NCBI GenBank assembly: GCA_028534125.1
Contig: CM052848.1
Location: 12,834,001 to 12,898,000, forward strand
Direction: 5' to 3'
Source of the DNA: Lama glama
Taxonomy: Eukaryota
Length of the DNA stretch: 64,000 bases
Position numbers and translations under genes: made by a program. The notes under the pieces were generated by a model. It was not told the origin of the DNA, made no database searches, and saw nothing but the letters and a program-made list of their open reading frames with translations. This document shows positions 48,147-60,165 of this stretch, one piece after another (position 1 is the stretch's first letter; the number at the start of each line of letters is the position of its first letter).

Positions 48147-48377
48147 GAACAGCTTTTAGACTGTAAAGGTGAAGATGGATGGAATAAACTCTTCGACTTG
48201 ATTCAGTCAGAACTTCATGCGAGGCCTGATGACATCCACATGAACATCCGACTAGTGGAGCTGTACCGCTCCAACGGGAGGCTGAGGGACGCCGTGACCC
48301 ACTGCCGCCAGGTGGAGAGGAGTGCAGCCTTGCGCTCCAGTTTAGAGTGGAATGCTTGCGCTGTGCAGACCCTCAAG
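48147..48377 (+). CDS. RANBP2: RANBP2 exon 5
   Basis: aaatag|EQLLDCKGEDGWNKLFDLIQSEL...RSSLEWNACAVQTLK|gtgggt. Confidence 0.95.
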
Positions 48378-48702
48378 GTGGGTAAGACTGTTGAATCTGC
48401 ATCTTCTACATAGGCAATTGCAGTGCATCCCTTTGTAGTCAAGCTCTGCCCTCCAAGACTTAAATTTCTTTCATTTATGTATAGCAACTGTGAAATGAGA
48501 TTTTTCCTAGCATGATTTCCATTTATAATGGGTAGATTGGAGAGATAAATGTGACAAATTTTTTTTGGTGTTTTTGTAGATTGGTGTAAAATTGACGTGG
48601 CTTTACAGTATAGGAATGGGCAAAGGAATTTGTAGGCATGAAATACTCATTTTTGTAGCGCTTGATAAAGTTTTATAACTTAGAGTTTTTCCTATGAAAT
48701 AG

Positions 48703-48848
48703 GAATATCTGGAATCTTCTCAGTGTCTGGAGCCTGATAAAAGTAACTGGCAATCAACCAGCAAGGACTTACTTCTAGCCTATGCTAACCTCATGCTGCT
48801 TACGCTCTCTGCTAGAGATGTGCAAGAAAGCAGAGAATTACTGGAAAG
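48703..48848 (+). CDS. RANBP2: RANBP2 exon 6
   Basis: aaatag|EYLESSQCLEPDKSNWQSTSKDLLLAYANLMLLTLSARDVQESRELLE|gtatgt. Confidence 0.95.
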
Positions 48849-50437
48849 GTATGTAGACTTGTATTTGTGGCATTTCAGTTCATGAGTCTAAACACCTTAA
48901 CAGCGTTATTATTTCTGTAATATATCCAGAGGTGATAGGTAATATAATGAACCACTTAAAAGGAATCTTTTTTTGTGGGGTATTAACTGGTTTTGTGTGA
49001 CTTTGATTTTTAGAGAACAATATTACTCTTTAGACTTGATTAAATTATTTTGCTGGTAAGTACCTAGTTTGAATGCTTTATTAAGAGTCAAACCTGAAAA
49101 AGAATGTTCTAACTGTTACTTCATGTTTGATTCCAAAAAATATTCTTGAGTGAAAGTCAGAGCATAAACGTCATCTGTCAGATGTCCTAGTGTAAGTATT
49201 TGAAAATTGAAGTACTGGTATTTCAGAAGACACTTAATGTTTTAGCTTAGAAACAGGGTAAGTAAAATAAAGTGTGTGATTTTTCAGTTTTTGTACGTTT
49301 TAATTTTGAGGACCAGTATCTCCACTTGTTTAAATTCCATTGAATGAAAGCAACACTTGGATTTGTATGTTCGTTGAGAGCACGGGTTGACTAGACAGAG
49401 CTCGTGGCAGACAAGGCTCCCTGCCCAGCTGTGAGTTGAGTCCCACTGGGTGTGCCATGCCTCTGTGTTGTGTGTTCCGGCTGCTCTGCCCCCATATTGC
49501 ACTTACGGGCGGAGCACCTGTGACAGTTGTGTGCCTGCCTGGCCCCTCCAGTGTGTGGCCTCCCCTGGCTTATACCCTTATCTGACTTGGAAAGAAATTC
49601 TTTTCACTGGAGTGGAGCAGATAGTAGTTTTCTTGAGGAAGTACGTGATGTCCTAAGATGAATAGGGTAGAGGTGGTCCAGAACAACTAAGTTGAACATT
49701 CAGATTATTTTAGAAAATATTTAGGAATGTTTTTTCTTTTTGATGTGGCTTATAAAACTTCTGGTCACATGGGAGAATGAGGGTGAAGAGACAAATAATT
49801 TCCTAGTAGTACTTTAAAATAATTTTAACTTCATGGATTCCTTAGAGGAGTCTTGAGAACCTTGAGGGGGACCAGGAGCTTACATACTAGAAGAAATAGC
49901 TGTTGCCCAGATTTCTTACTGTAACCTGCTTTATTATCACGCTTCACATTTCTATTAAGTATTTGTTTTTGATTTTCTTACAAAATGAAGACTCTTGACT
50001 TCTGTTAGGATTCAGAAGGCCTAACTAGTACATAATTACAAATAGTAGTGAGAAATATAATTTATTTAACTCTGTAGTTGTGTATATAGTAGAAAGAGCA
50101 CTTATGGTGTTGACGACCACCTATCTTAGTTACTGTCTTACAGTGTGAAAATGACATGTTTAATGTGAGAAATTTCAACTTTGAATCAAAGAATGAAGCC
50201 ATATGAGTAGAAGATGTTTTGGACGTCATTCTAGAGGTTAAATTTGAAAGGTAGGAAGTGTGTGGAATAAGAGTAAGCACTCGATGACTCGTGATTCATC
50301 AGAGAACAGGGATTATTAGGGATAGAATATGGAAGATGAAGCTGGAAATAAAATTCTTTTTTTTAAAATTACGTAATGGAACTGTGGTTATTCACAATGC
50401 AGGAGTGGAATTCCTATGTAACATTTCACTGTGACAG

Positions 50438-50630
50438 TTTTGACAGTGCTCTTCAGTCTGTGAAGTCTTGTGTGGGTGCGAACGACGAGCTCTCGGTGAC
50501 GTTTGTGGAAGTGCGGGGACACCTGTACATGCACGCTGGCTCTCTGCTCCTGAAGATGGGCCAGCACAGCACTGTGCAGTGGCGGGCACTCGCAGAGCTG
50601 GCGGCCCTGTGCTACCTCGTGGCATTCCAG
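50438..50630 (+). CDS. RANBP2: RANBP2 exon 7
   Basis: tgacag|FDSALQSVKS...GHLYMHAGSLLLKMGQH...LAALCYLVAFQ|gtaatc. Confidence 0.95.
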
Positions 50631-51731
50631 GTAATCCGCCTCCAGCTGTGCGTGCAGTGGACAGTCCAGTGAGACGACTGTGTTTCACGTGGAAGTGTGT
50701 CCTGGTACCTAGTGAAAATATGAATAGATTAAAGTGAAAATGAAATAGTTCATTTGACGGGAGGAGAATAAGAGGATTTCTGCAGACAGCGAGGCTGTGA
50801 AGCAGGCAGGTGGATGCGTGGCTGGCAGCGGTCGACATTGCTGAGGCTTTCTGAAGAGTTTGATCTTTTTTACTCTGCCATTTTGGGGGCCCTGTAGTAA
50901 GGAAATACTCTCAAATACGGATAAAACTTCTTTTCTATTTAATACAAAGAAATATTCATAACTTGGACGAAAACCTAAGGAAGTAATTTTTGGGGTGTGA
51001 CTACATAAGCCGTGATGGAAGAGCATGTTTACCACAAGCATTTAGCGTGTTAGGTGAGCTGTGTGACGTGCACGTGACATTGACAGGAAATGATACCGCT
51101 GTGTGTGTAACATGCACTTGATATTGACAGGAGGTGATCTTTATTGTACAGCAGTATATTTATTCATCTTCGTTAACATGATATTTTATACATAAAACAT
51201 GGCATGAAGGAAGTATGCCAGACGTAACCATTATTTTTAGATGATGAGATGCTGGCTGTTATCCCTTCCCCAGTCCATCGTGGTTCTAGTGTTTTCCTTT
51301 GTAAGCTTAAGTGGTCTGCCAAAAAGTGCAGTAAGCCTGGCTTACAGAAGTCGTTGTTAGCTTTAAAGAATGATCTTTTGCTTGAGGGAAAGAAAAAAGG
51401 GTTCACTGTAGAATTTCCTCCAGAGAATGTGCCTCCTCCTCGTTCAGATTACCTGGATCTTTTAAGAACTTGTTGATACTCACCCCACAGTGTTAAGTGC
51501 TACTTAACTGTTTGCTCAGCAGAGGCATTCTGCTTCATAAGGAATGTATTTATTAGCAAAAATTAGTGAAGTTAACAGAGTTTGCTAATTTTATATAAGC
51601 ATTAAAAAGTTCTTATGACTAAATTTCCATAGAATCCTCAAGTAGCTGATAGTTTTTATATTTTTAATATGAAGGTAAAGTATATTAAATTTTTTTCAGT
51701 TAACCCACAGTCAACTGTTCAAACATTGACA

Positions 51732-52010
51732 TTTCAACTGAAGTGCAGTTGGTTGTACATTGTCTGTTACAGGTGTATAATACAGTGATTCATAATTTGT
51801 AAAGGCTAGACTCCACTTACAGTTACTATAAAATACTGACTGTATCCCTGTGCTGCACACACATGCTTGTAGCTCATTTTACACAACAGCAGTTTGTGCC
51901 TCTGAATTCCCCTCCCCCATCTTGCCCCCCCTTCCCTCTCCCCACTGTCACCTCTAGTTCTCTGTATCCGTGAGTCTGTTTCTTTGTTGTATTCATTAGT
52001 TTGTTGTGTT
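51732..52010 (-). mobile_element. Lineage-specific L1 3' end
   Basis: aactgaagtgcagttg...acagtgattcata...cccttccctctccccactg...ctgtatccgtgagtctgtttct; flanks aaacattgac / aaactttgac. Confidence 0.8.
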
Positions 52011-52474
52011 AAACTTTGACCTTTTTTAGTAGTAAAAACTAAATCTTTCTTAGTTCATCTACTTGTGTCTTTCCTAGAAGACAACCACTTACCGTTCTTG
52101 GGAATTCAAAAATGTATCTGCATGTGCACGCGTGTAGTACACTGTTTACTTTTGAAAACTGTTCTGCCTCAGTGCAGGTGTCACTTGTCAGCCATTGAAT
52201 ACCTTGCTTTCACTTTCTCCATGGTTTGATTTTAGTGCAGAGACATCTACCTCAGTCTTGTCTCTTTACCCACCACATACTTCCATGAAATGGACACAAA
52301 ATGGAAGCCTCTTAGATGCTTGTATTTTTATTGTCATTTGTTGTAGCACTCATCAGAGCACACAAGGGAGGTGTGGACTGGCATGGGGTCCTTAAGGAGT
52401 CATGAGAGGCTGACTTTTTTAATGGTAGGGTTTTTGAACTCTTGATCAGTGAAACGCTGTGGCTCTAGTAAGTA

Positions 52475-52966
52475 CAGATGGTCCCTGAGTTACGAGGGTC
52501 CAAATTACGACTTCGACTTTTGGTGGTGTGAAAGTGATATGCATTTTGTAGACACTTACTCTGAACTTTTGAGTTTTGATCTTTTCTGGGCTGGTGTATG
52601 TAGTGCGGTAGTCTCCAGTGACACTGGGCAGGGGCAAGGAGCTGCAGCCCACCGTGGGCCGTGCAGTCACGAGGGTGAACAGCCAGTGCACTTCCAAGCC
52701 TTCTGTCCCAGACGGCAGTTCTGTCTTCCACCTTCAGTGCAGGATTCAGTCCCTTACATGAGGTGCTCAATACTTCATGATAAATAGGCTTTGCCTTAGC
52801 TGGTTTTGCCCAGCTGTAGGCTAATTTGAGTACTCTGGGCACATTTAAGGTAGGCGAGACTAAGCTGTGGGGTTCGATGGATTAGGTGTATTAAATGCAT
52901 TTTGATTTATGATTCTTTCAGCCTTTCATGGGTTTATTGGGGTGTTACCCACATTGTAGGTCGAGG
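52475..52966 (-). mobile_element. Tigger5/MER47-type TcMar element
   Basis: cagatggtccc...ttacga TIR after TA; ttaggtgtattaaatgcatttt; gggtttattggggtgttaccc. Confidence 0.82.
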
Positions 52967-54526
52967 TTTCAGCTGAGCATTAAGCAGTCTCTCTTGAAAC
53001 CTTTTAATTAAGATGAGGGAAATACTCATTGAGGTGTTGTGATTGAATAGATTCATAATTAGTTCACCGGTCACAAATGATAGCTGTCAAGTGCTCTATA
53101 AAAGGGGTTGGTTTTTTGATTTTAGATCAGTTTGAGAGCAAAAGGAATTTTGTCACATTTTGTTTTTATTTTCTGTGCTCTTCAGCATCTGTACATGACA
53201 GAGTTTGGCTTCATGTTTAGAAAATTTGTGGGTAAAGGCATAGGTCAAACTAATGTTTCAAAAATTCAAAATCAGGAGTTTTTAGGTTAGGAATCTGTTT
53301 ATTTTGAAAAATTATGCTTGGAAAGGTGATTATATTCACATGGTTTGGTATTGTAGTGGCATGTAAGAATACACTGAAAAGTCCTTCCTTCCTCTGTTCC
53401 TTAGTCATGGACTTCCCTGCATTAATTTTATTTCTTATGAGCTCTTCAAGAAATGTTTTATGCTGCATGTACACACCTGTACTACCACTCCTCTTTAAAA
53501 TACAGAAAGAAGATGCACTGTACATTCTGTCTGTTTTGGTTTTATTTCCAGGACATACACCTTGGTGACATTTCCATATCAGCACAGAAAACAGCGTGGG
53601 TAAAGCACCGTCATTTGTTTCAATGGTTGCATATTATTCTATGGATATACCATAGTTTGGATTTTTTAAACCAGTCCCTAAAAGCAAGATATCAGACTTT
53701 ACTTTTTTGCAGTCCTATTTCAAAATAATTCTGCAATGACTAACCTGTGCCATTTCACATGTGAACATTTTTGGGTGGAATAAGTTCTTGAATGAAGGAT
53801 GGCAAGATTAAAGTGTATCTACGCATTTATAATTTTTAGAGCTATTGCCAAATTTGCAACCTCATAGAGGTTGTACCAAGTTTATTCCTGCTGCCAATTG
53901 AGAAAGTTATTAGACATTTAACAACATTTACCTGCCTCACCCTCATCGTTACTTTTAGGATATCTCTAGTAAGTGGTCACTGTTTGGACTGAGCGTTTTC
54001 AGTGATGGACATTTGCTGCTTTTCAGGATAGCCCATTGCATTTTTGGGTAATTTGGTTCTTGGTGCTTCCTTATTTAAAGTAAAAATATTTTTCAAGCTG
54101 CTACTCATTGGCATTTTTTCTTTTGGTCCTATTAAAAAAGTTTAGCCCTTCTTTCACAAGATAATCTTACTGATGTCTGAAGGCAGCTATCGTGTTTTCT
54201 CTTCACCCTTCTATTTATTCATCATTCTTCCAGTTCTTCTTCATAGGATGTGGCCTGGAGTCCTTTTACTCTCTTGGTTGTCCCAGTTTTCCCAGTGGTG
54301 TCTCAGATTACCTGTTCTCTGGAAGCGTGCTGTCCACAGTACGGCATTAATAAGTAGGATTCCCCCTCTGCCAGGTCACAGAGCTGCCACTGCTTCCCCT
54401 GCTGCAGTTGTGTTTATGCAGGGGAGAAGAGACCCCTAACCAAATACTCCATTTCCCCTACTGTGTCCTGAATGTGCTGTTAGTGGAAAGTAATTTCTCA
54501 GAAGTCCTCTTTGTAGGCATCTTTTA

Positions 54527-54668
54527 TTTACTTTTTTAATCAGTCTCTTTGGAGGGGGACAGGTAATTAGGTTTTTATTTATTTATTTTAACGGACGTAC
54601 TGGGAATTGAGCCCAGGATCTTGTGCGTGATAAGCATATACTGTACCACTGAGCTATACCCTCTCCCC
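54527..54668 (-). mobile_element. Camelid tRNA-derived SINE (Vic-1-like), full length
   Basis: Perfect 15-bp TSD TGTAGGCATCTTTTA (54512-54526 and 54669-54683); tRNA-like head plus ggtaattaggtttt tail. Confidence 0.92.
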
Positions 54669-54850
54669 TGTAGGCATCTTTTATAGATTATCTAAATTCC
54701 TTGGTTCCCAGTGTTTTGCAGTTGAATTTCCAACTCGGTTTAACCATTGGCTGTATATTCATTGTCAGAAGACCAGAAGGTAATAGAAAGGAACATCTAA
54801 TTATTACAAATGTATCACTAAATAAAGATTTTTGACTCTAAAATGATCAG

Positions 54851-54938
54851 GTTCCAAGACCAAAGATTAAATTAATAAAAGGAGACGCTGGACAGAATCT
54901 GCTGGAAATGATGGCCTATGATCGTCTGAGCCAATCAG
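54851..54938 (+). CDS. RANBP2: RANBP2 exon 8
   Basis: gatcag|VPRPKIKLIKGDAGQNLLEMMAYDRLSQS G|gtaata. Confidence 0.95.
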
Positions 54939-55824
54939 GTAATAGTACTGTTTAACTGATCTTATTTTGAAAAGAAAATTTCTCTTTTTTAGCACATCTT
55001 ACAATTGCATCTTCTGTCTGTCCAGAAGATAATTTGTCATAATCATTTCTCTTTGCTGTGTTGGAATAGGGCACGAGGTATAGAAAGAATTAAAAGAAAT
55101 AGTGTCTTCTTTAAAAGGGACAGATACTTGATGTTAGTTCCCAGGTGGAGAAACTCCTTAACCCCTCCTTATAATCTAGCTGCTAGAACCTCCATCCAGA
55201 ATATTTTTAAGTACTTCCTGAGCTAAGAGTAAGTTACTGATTGGCCAACCATTTAACAGCAGTTGCTTATAAGGCAATGCCATGGGGGATATAAAGATGG
55301 AAAAGATACACAACTCTCTCTTAAGGAACTGACAACATAGTAAAGAAGATAGAAGATACATACCCACATTCTGTTAGACTCTTGGAATTTGTAGATTTAT
55401 CCCAGCTTTGACTACTGGGGATGGATCCTGAAGGTCTGTTACATACTGTCTAGTTCTGCTAAGGCAAGACATGAAGGTGTTCACATAGGTAGACTCTGTA
55501 GGGAAGTGTTTCCAGGAGAAGCAATTTTGATATAAAATTGGACAGACCTTGTTAAGAGTGAAGAAGTGGTCTTAAATTAGAGAAGCTATAAGCTTTGGTC
55601 TGTAGGTGGACTGCTGGTCGAGGCTAACGTTGCTCCTCTCCCACAGCTTACTGTTTTGTGGGAGGCAGGCTTCAGTCCTTGAAGTGACCTGGTTTTTTCT
55701 TGGGTCTCCCTTCTCCCTTTGCAGGGTGTCAATAGTTGGTAAAGTGAACTGTTTTTCACTGTCTTTGATCTGGACCTTTCTGAGCTTGTCTCTGCAAATT
55801 TTCAGAGATAATAGTCTGGTGGTA

Positions 55825-55858
55825 ACCAAACCTGACTGACCACCAAACCTGACTGACC
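55825..55858. repeat. Perfect 17-bp tandem duplication
   Basis: ACCAAACCTGACTGACC x2. Confidence 0.9.
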
Positions 55859-55881
55859 ACCAGAATTACTCCAAAGAGTTG

Positions 55882-56247
55882 TTTTTTTTTTTTTCAAATA
55901 GCTTGATTGAAATAAAATTGTTATACGGTATTATTCACCCTTTTTAAGTGTATAGTTCGGGGAGTCTTTAGTATGTTCTCAGAGTTGTGCAGCGGTCACC
56001 ACAGTCAACTTCAGAATGTTTTCATCGCCTCATAAAGAAGCCATGTATCCATTAGCAGTGACTCCTCATTTCCCTCCAAACCCGCTAGTCCTCAGCAGCC
56101 ACTAACTTTGTGTCTCTTTAGCTTTCCCCATTCTGGGCATTTCCTAGAAACTGAATCATCCAATGTGTGGTCTTTGTGTAACTGTCTTTTTACACCCAGC
56201 AGAGTGTTTTCAGGGTGCACCCATGTTGTAATGTGAACTAGAACTTC
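55882..56247 (-). mobile_element. L1MB-like 3' end inserted into a MER5-like element
   Basis: Poly-T, attcaccctttttaagtgtatagttc...cattagcagtgactcc; flanks ccaaagagt / ccaaggagt; MER5-like halves on both sides. Confidence 0.75.
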
Positions 56248-56701
56248 ATCCAAGGAGTGTTTTATAAATAGATTATTCATCCCAAATCTGTGGAATCAGA
56301 ACCTCTGGGAGTGAGGTCTGGAAATAAAAAATTTTAAAAAAGCTTTTTAAAGGGTGGTTCTGACCAGCCAGGTTTAGAAGTCAGGTGTGTCAGGGCAGAA
56401 AATGTGCACTTGGTCCTGTTCTCCTGTGGCCACTTGAAACCCACACTTTTCCATCTAAAATGGAAACACTTTGGTATTTTTCACACCTTTTTTTCTTGCC
56501 TTTTATTCTGTCACGTAGACACAGTTACAGTTCAATCTGTGGTCTCTTCACTTTTTGCATCAGCACCCTTCTGGTTGTCCAGCTGGGGTGGTGGTCGGCT
56601 GAGTAGTTGTTATTTCCCTTTAGAGGATGTGAGTGAAACTGTCAAGAGATGTCAGTAAAAATCTGTATTTTTAAAATGATGGAATGTAATTTGTTTTTCA
56701 G

Positions 56702-56911
56702 GGCATATGCTGCTAAACTTAAGTCGTGACAAGCAAGATTTTTTAAAAGAGGTTGTAGAATCCTTTGCCAATGAAAGTGGGCAGTCTGCTTTATATGACG
56801 CTCTGTTTTCCAGTCGGTCACCTAAGGATAGATCTTTCCTTGGTAGCGATGTTATTGGAAACCTTGATGTACAAGCACCGGAGCCTGAGGATTTGGCTCG
56901 ATGTGACGTTG
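56702..56911 (+). CDS. RANBP2: RANBP2 exon 9 (possible alternative end at 56974)
   Basis: tttcag|HMLLNLSRDKQDFLKEVVESFAN...EPEDLARCDV G|gtaagt. Confidence 0.95.
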
Positions 56912-57974
56912 GTAAGTTGTATCTTTCAAAAGAAACACTAACATTTTACATTTTAAATCTTTTATATGATATTGGTAAGTTGTAGCTTTCAAAGGAAACA
57001 TTTTGCATTTTCATTCTTTTAGTATATGAGACAAAAGCAAAAAGGAAAATAAATTACCTGTAATCTCATTACCCAGAAGTAATGACTAATATTTTCTTGT
57101 ATTCCTTTCAAGTTTTTGGGGGGTTGGAGTAAGTATAATGGGGTGGTGGTGTGTATATGTATATATATATATTTTTTTTTCTAAATAGTTGTTTACACTG
57201 TATGCATGACTTGTCTTCCATGAATTCTCTCTCATGCTGTCTCTAAATATTACTTTTAATGGTAATATGGTCTTTTTAGTAAAGTAACTATATATGCTTG
57301 CCACTTTTAATTATTGAGTGTCCAAGATGTTTCCAGTTTTTTCCCTTATATTAAAAAAATACTGATGAAGACTTTAGTATGAAGTGTCTCCATTTCCGAT
57401 TTTTTCCATAGAGATTCCTAAAAGCAGACTTACCGGGACAAAATTGACGAATATGTTTAAGTTTCTTGCAAATTGCCACGTTGCCAGAAAGCTTGTAGCT
57501 CTTTATGCTTTGAGAAACCCGTCATTTTTCAGTATTGAATTTCCTGAGGAGGAAAAGATCTATTATCCTGACGGATTAATACAATGGTGTCCCATTGTTT
57601 GAATGACTTTTGACTGAAAGGACGTCTGCTGTTGCACAATTTCTTACTGGGTGACTGTTCTGAATTTGACCCCTGTCAGTAGGTTTTGTTTTATTGAGTT
57701 CTAGTGAGGCTCTTTTTTTTTTTCCCCTTAGGTGGACTTGAAAATAGCTTTCTTCATCAAAACTGTTTTATTAAAACTCCTAAATAAAGAGTATGAGTAC
57801 CTTTAGTAAGATCACGAGACTTTGCTTACCATAGGTTTTCCCTGTGCTCTGATGTAGAAAAGTGGTAATAAAATTAAGGTCCCTTTAATGTGAGTCAGTT
57901 GTTTATGTTGGCAAAACTGATGGCACACAAAAAATTTTTTAAAACCTCAAGCCGATTTTTTCCCTTCATTTCAG

Positions 57975-58156
57975 GTGCGGTTCGAGCACACGGTGGTAGC
58001 CTTCAGCACCTTACTTGGCTTGGCTTACAGTGGAATTCATTGCCTTCCTTACCTGTAATTCGAAAATGGCTAAAACAGCTTTTTCATCATTTGCCCCAGG
58101 AAACCTCAAGGCTTGAAACAAACGCACCTGAATCAATATGCACTTTAGATCTGGAA
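57975..58156 (+). CDS. RANBP2: RANBP2 exon 10
   Basis: tttcag|AVRAHGGSLQHLTWLGLQWNS...ETNAPESICTLDLE|gtaagc. Confidence 0.96.
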
Positions 58157-58242
58157 GTAAGCAGAGATTTTAACAACTTCAGTTTTATGTGTGTTGTTTG
58201 ACTTTTTTCTACTTAAATTCATTTTTTCTTTAAATAAAACAG

Positions 58243-58418
58243 GTATTTCTACTTGGAGTAATATATACCAGCCACTTACAGTTAAAAGAGAAGTGTAATT
58301 CTCACTACAGCTTCTATCAGCCTCTGTGCTTGCCTCTTCCTGTGTGTAAACAGCTTTGCACGGAAAGACAGAAAGCTTGGTGGGATGCGGTGTGTAATCT
58401 CATTCATAGAAAAGCAAT
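58243..58418 (+). CDS. RANBP2: RANBP2 exon 11
   Basis: aaacag|VFLLGVIYTSHLQLKEKCNSH...CTERQKAWWDAVCNLIHRKA|gtaagt. Confidence 0.96.
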
Positions 58419-58576
58419 GTAAGTAGTAAAATAACAGTGCTCTTTTACCTTACTGCCCAAAGACTTAATTCACGTCTCATGTGCAGTTTTAATTTTTAGT
58501 AATCTTGTGATTAACATGCATGTAAGTGTTGAACTGCATATTTATAAATCAGTTTTATTAAATTAAACTTTTTTAG

Positions 58577-58700
58577 ACCTGGAACCTCAGCAAAATTGCG
58601 GCTTCTAGTTCAGCACGACATAAACACTCTAAGGGGCCAGGAAAAACATGGCCTTCAGCCTGCTCTGCTTGTGCACTGGGCACAGTGCCTTCAGAAAACG
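58577..58700 (+). CDS. RANBP2: RANBP2 exon 12
   Basis: ttttag|PGTSAKLRLLVQHDINTLRGQEKHGLQPALLVHWAQCLQKT|gtgagt. Confidence 0.96.
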
Positions 58701-59376
58701 GTGAGTTCACTGAAGTGAAAGCAGTTTTTAAGAACATTACCTTAGTTTTTAAAAATCACAAGCTTTCCATTGGAAGTCTTTCAGTTCTAAAAACTATAGC
58801 AGCTTCATATTATGTCAGGTGAAATGTATTTTCTTAATCTTGCCATAAAGTAGTTAATATTTAAGCGCTTTGAACAGTGCCTGGCACAGTGGATGTTACA
58901 AGGTATTATATGTTGTTATGACTGATAATTACCTGATGATAAATACTGTCCAGCTTGAAAATTCTTTTTACATGTTTGGTGGCACAAGGCTCTGTAGGTG
59001 AGGGCATTACCTACATAGATCTTGCTAAATATTTGAGGTCTGTTCTGTGGCAAGATTGGGTGTAAATGTTTAACCCTTTGACCAAACTGTGACACACACA
59101 GAGTGGCAGGGTTTGGCTATCTAAAAATAGCAACTTTAAGAAAACAGGGTGGGCTGCCTGATTAGGATTAGGTGGTGTCATTGAAAGTTTTTAAAAGTTG
59201 CATCTAGAATGATCACTGGTATTAAAGTAGTTGATTATTCCAATATTTGGAAAGGTGAGCATATGAGTTTTGAGATTCTATTTTGCCTTTGTTTGAAATT
59301 TTAACCAGTTGTTCAGACCATGTGTAACTGAATTTTTAGATTTGACCCTTTGTGTGCTTCTCCCCTTCTATTTTAG

Positions 59377-59538
59377 GGCAGTGGCCTTAATTCTTTTTAT
59401 GATCAACGGGAATACATAGGCAGAAGTGTTCATTATTGGAAGAAGGTTTTGCCATTGTTGAAGATAATCAAAAAGAAGAGCAGTATTCCTGAACCTACTG
59501 ACCCTCTGTTCAAGCATTTTCACAGTGCAGACATCCAG
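59377..59538 (+). CDS. RANBP2: RANBP2 exon 13
   Basis: ttttag|GSGLNSFYDQREYIGRSVHYWKKVLPLLK...DPLFKHFHSADIQ|gtaatg. Confidence 0.96.
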
Positions 59539-59802
59539 GTAATGGAGGGCCTTGTGAGTTAACTGGAGATGTGGATTTCTGGTTTATAAATGAAGGCATG
59601 CAGGTAGTAACTGCTTCCGTCAATTGACTGGCTCTCTGATGGTAGTTTTGCTGTGTAGGTCCACTAGCTGTCACAAATACAAGATGGCAGGAAAGAGTAC
59701 TGAGATGCTAATCTCATAGATCACATAAAATCTTTGGGAAATCATTTGGGTTTGATATTCCAGGTAGAGGCAGTTTGACTGAAAATTACTCACTGTGTTT
59801 AG

Positions 59803-59940
59803 GCATCTGAAATTGGTGAATATGAAGAGGAAGCACACATAACTTTTGCCATATTGGATGCAGTTAATGGAAACATAGAAGATGCTATGACTGCTTTTGA
59901 ATCTATTAATAACGTCGTCTCTTACTGGAATCTTGCACTG
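59803..59940 (+). CDS. RANBP2: RANBP2 exon 14
   Basis: gtttag|ASEIGEYEEEAHITFAILDAVNGNIEDAMTAFESINNVVSYWNLAL|gtaagt. Confidence 0.96.
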
Positions 59941-60018
59941 GTAAGTAGTGTGATACTTGAGTTAAAAGGTTTTTGTGTTAAAACCTAATTGTTTCACAAA
60001 AGCACTCTGTGTATATAG

Positions 60019-60165
60019 ATTTTTCACAGGAAAGCAGAAGACATTGAAAATGATATGCTTTCTCCAGAAGAACAAGAAGAATGCAAAAACTGCCTGAGAA
60101 AGGCTAGAGACTACCTGATCAAGATCCTGGACGACAGCGACTCCAGCCTCTCGGTGGTTCAGAAG
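60019..60165 (+). CDS. RANBP2: RANBP2 exon 15
   Basis: atatag|IFHRKAEDIENDMLSPEEQEECKNCLRKARDYLIKILDDSDSSLSVVQK|gtgagc; preceded by a 78-nt intron. Confidence 0.95.

Noticed and set aside
51058-51140. Imperfect ~44-bp duplication containing an E-box
   Set aside because: Only two diverged copies deep in an intron, with no link to splice or promoter elements
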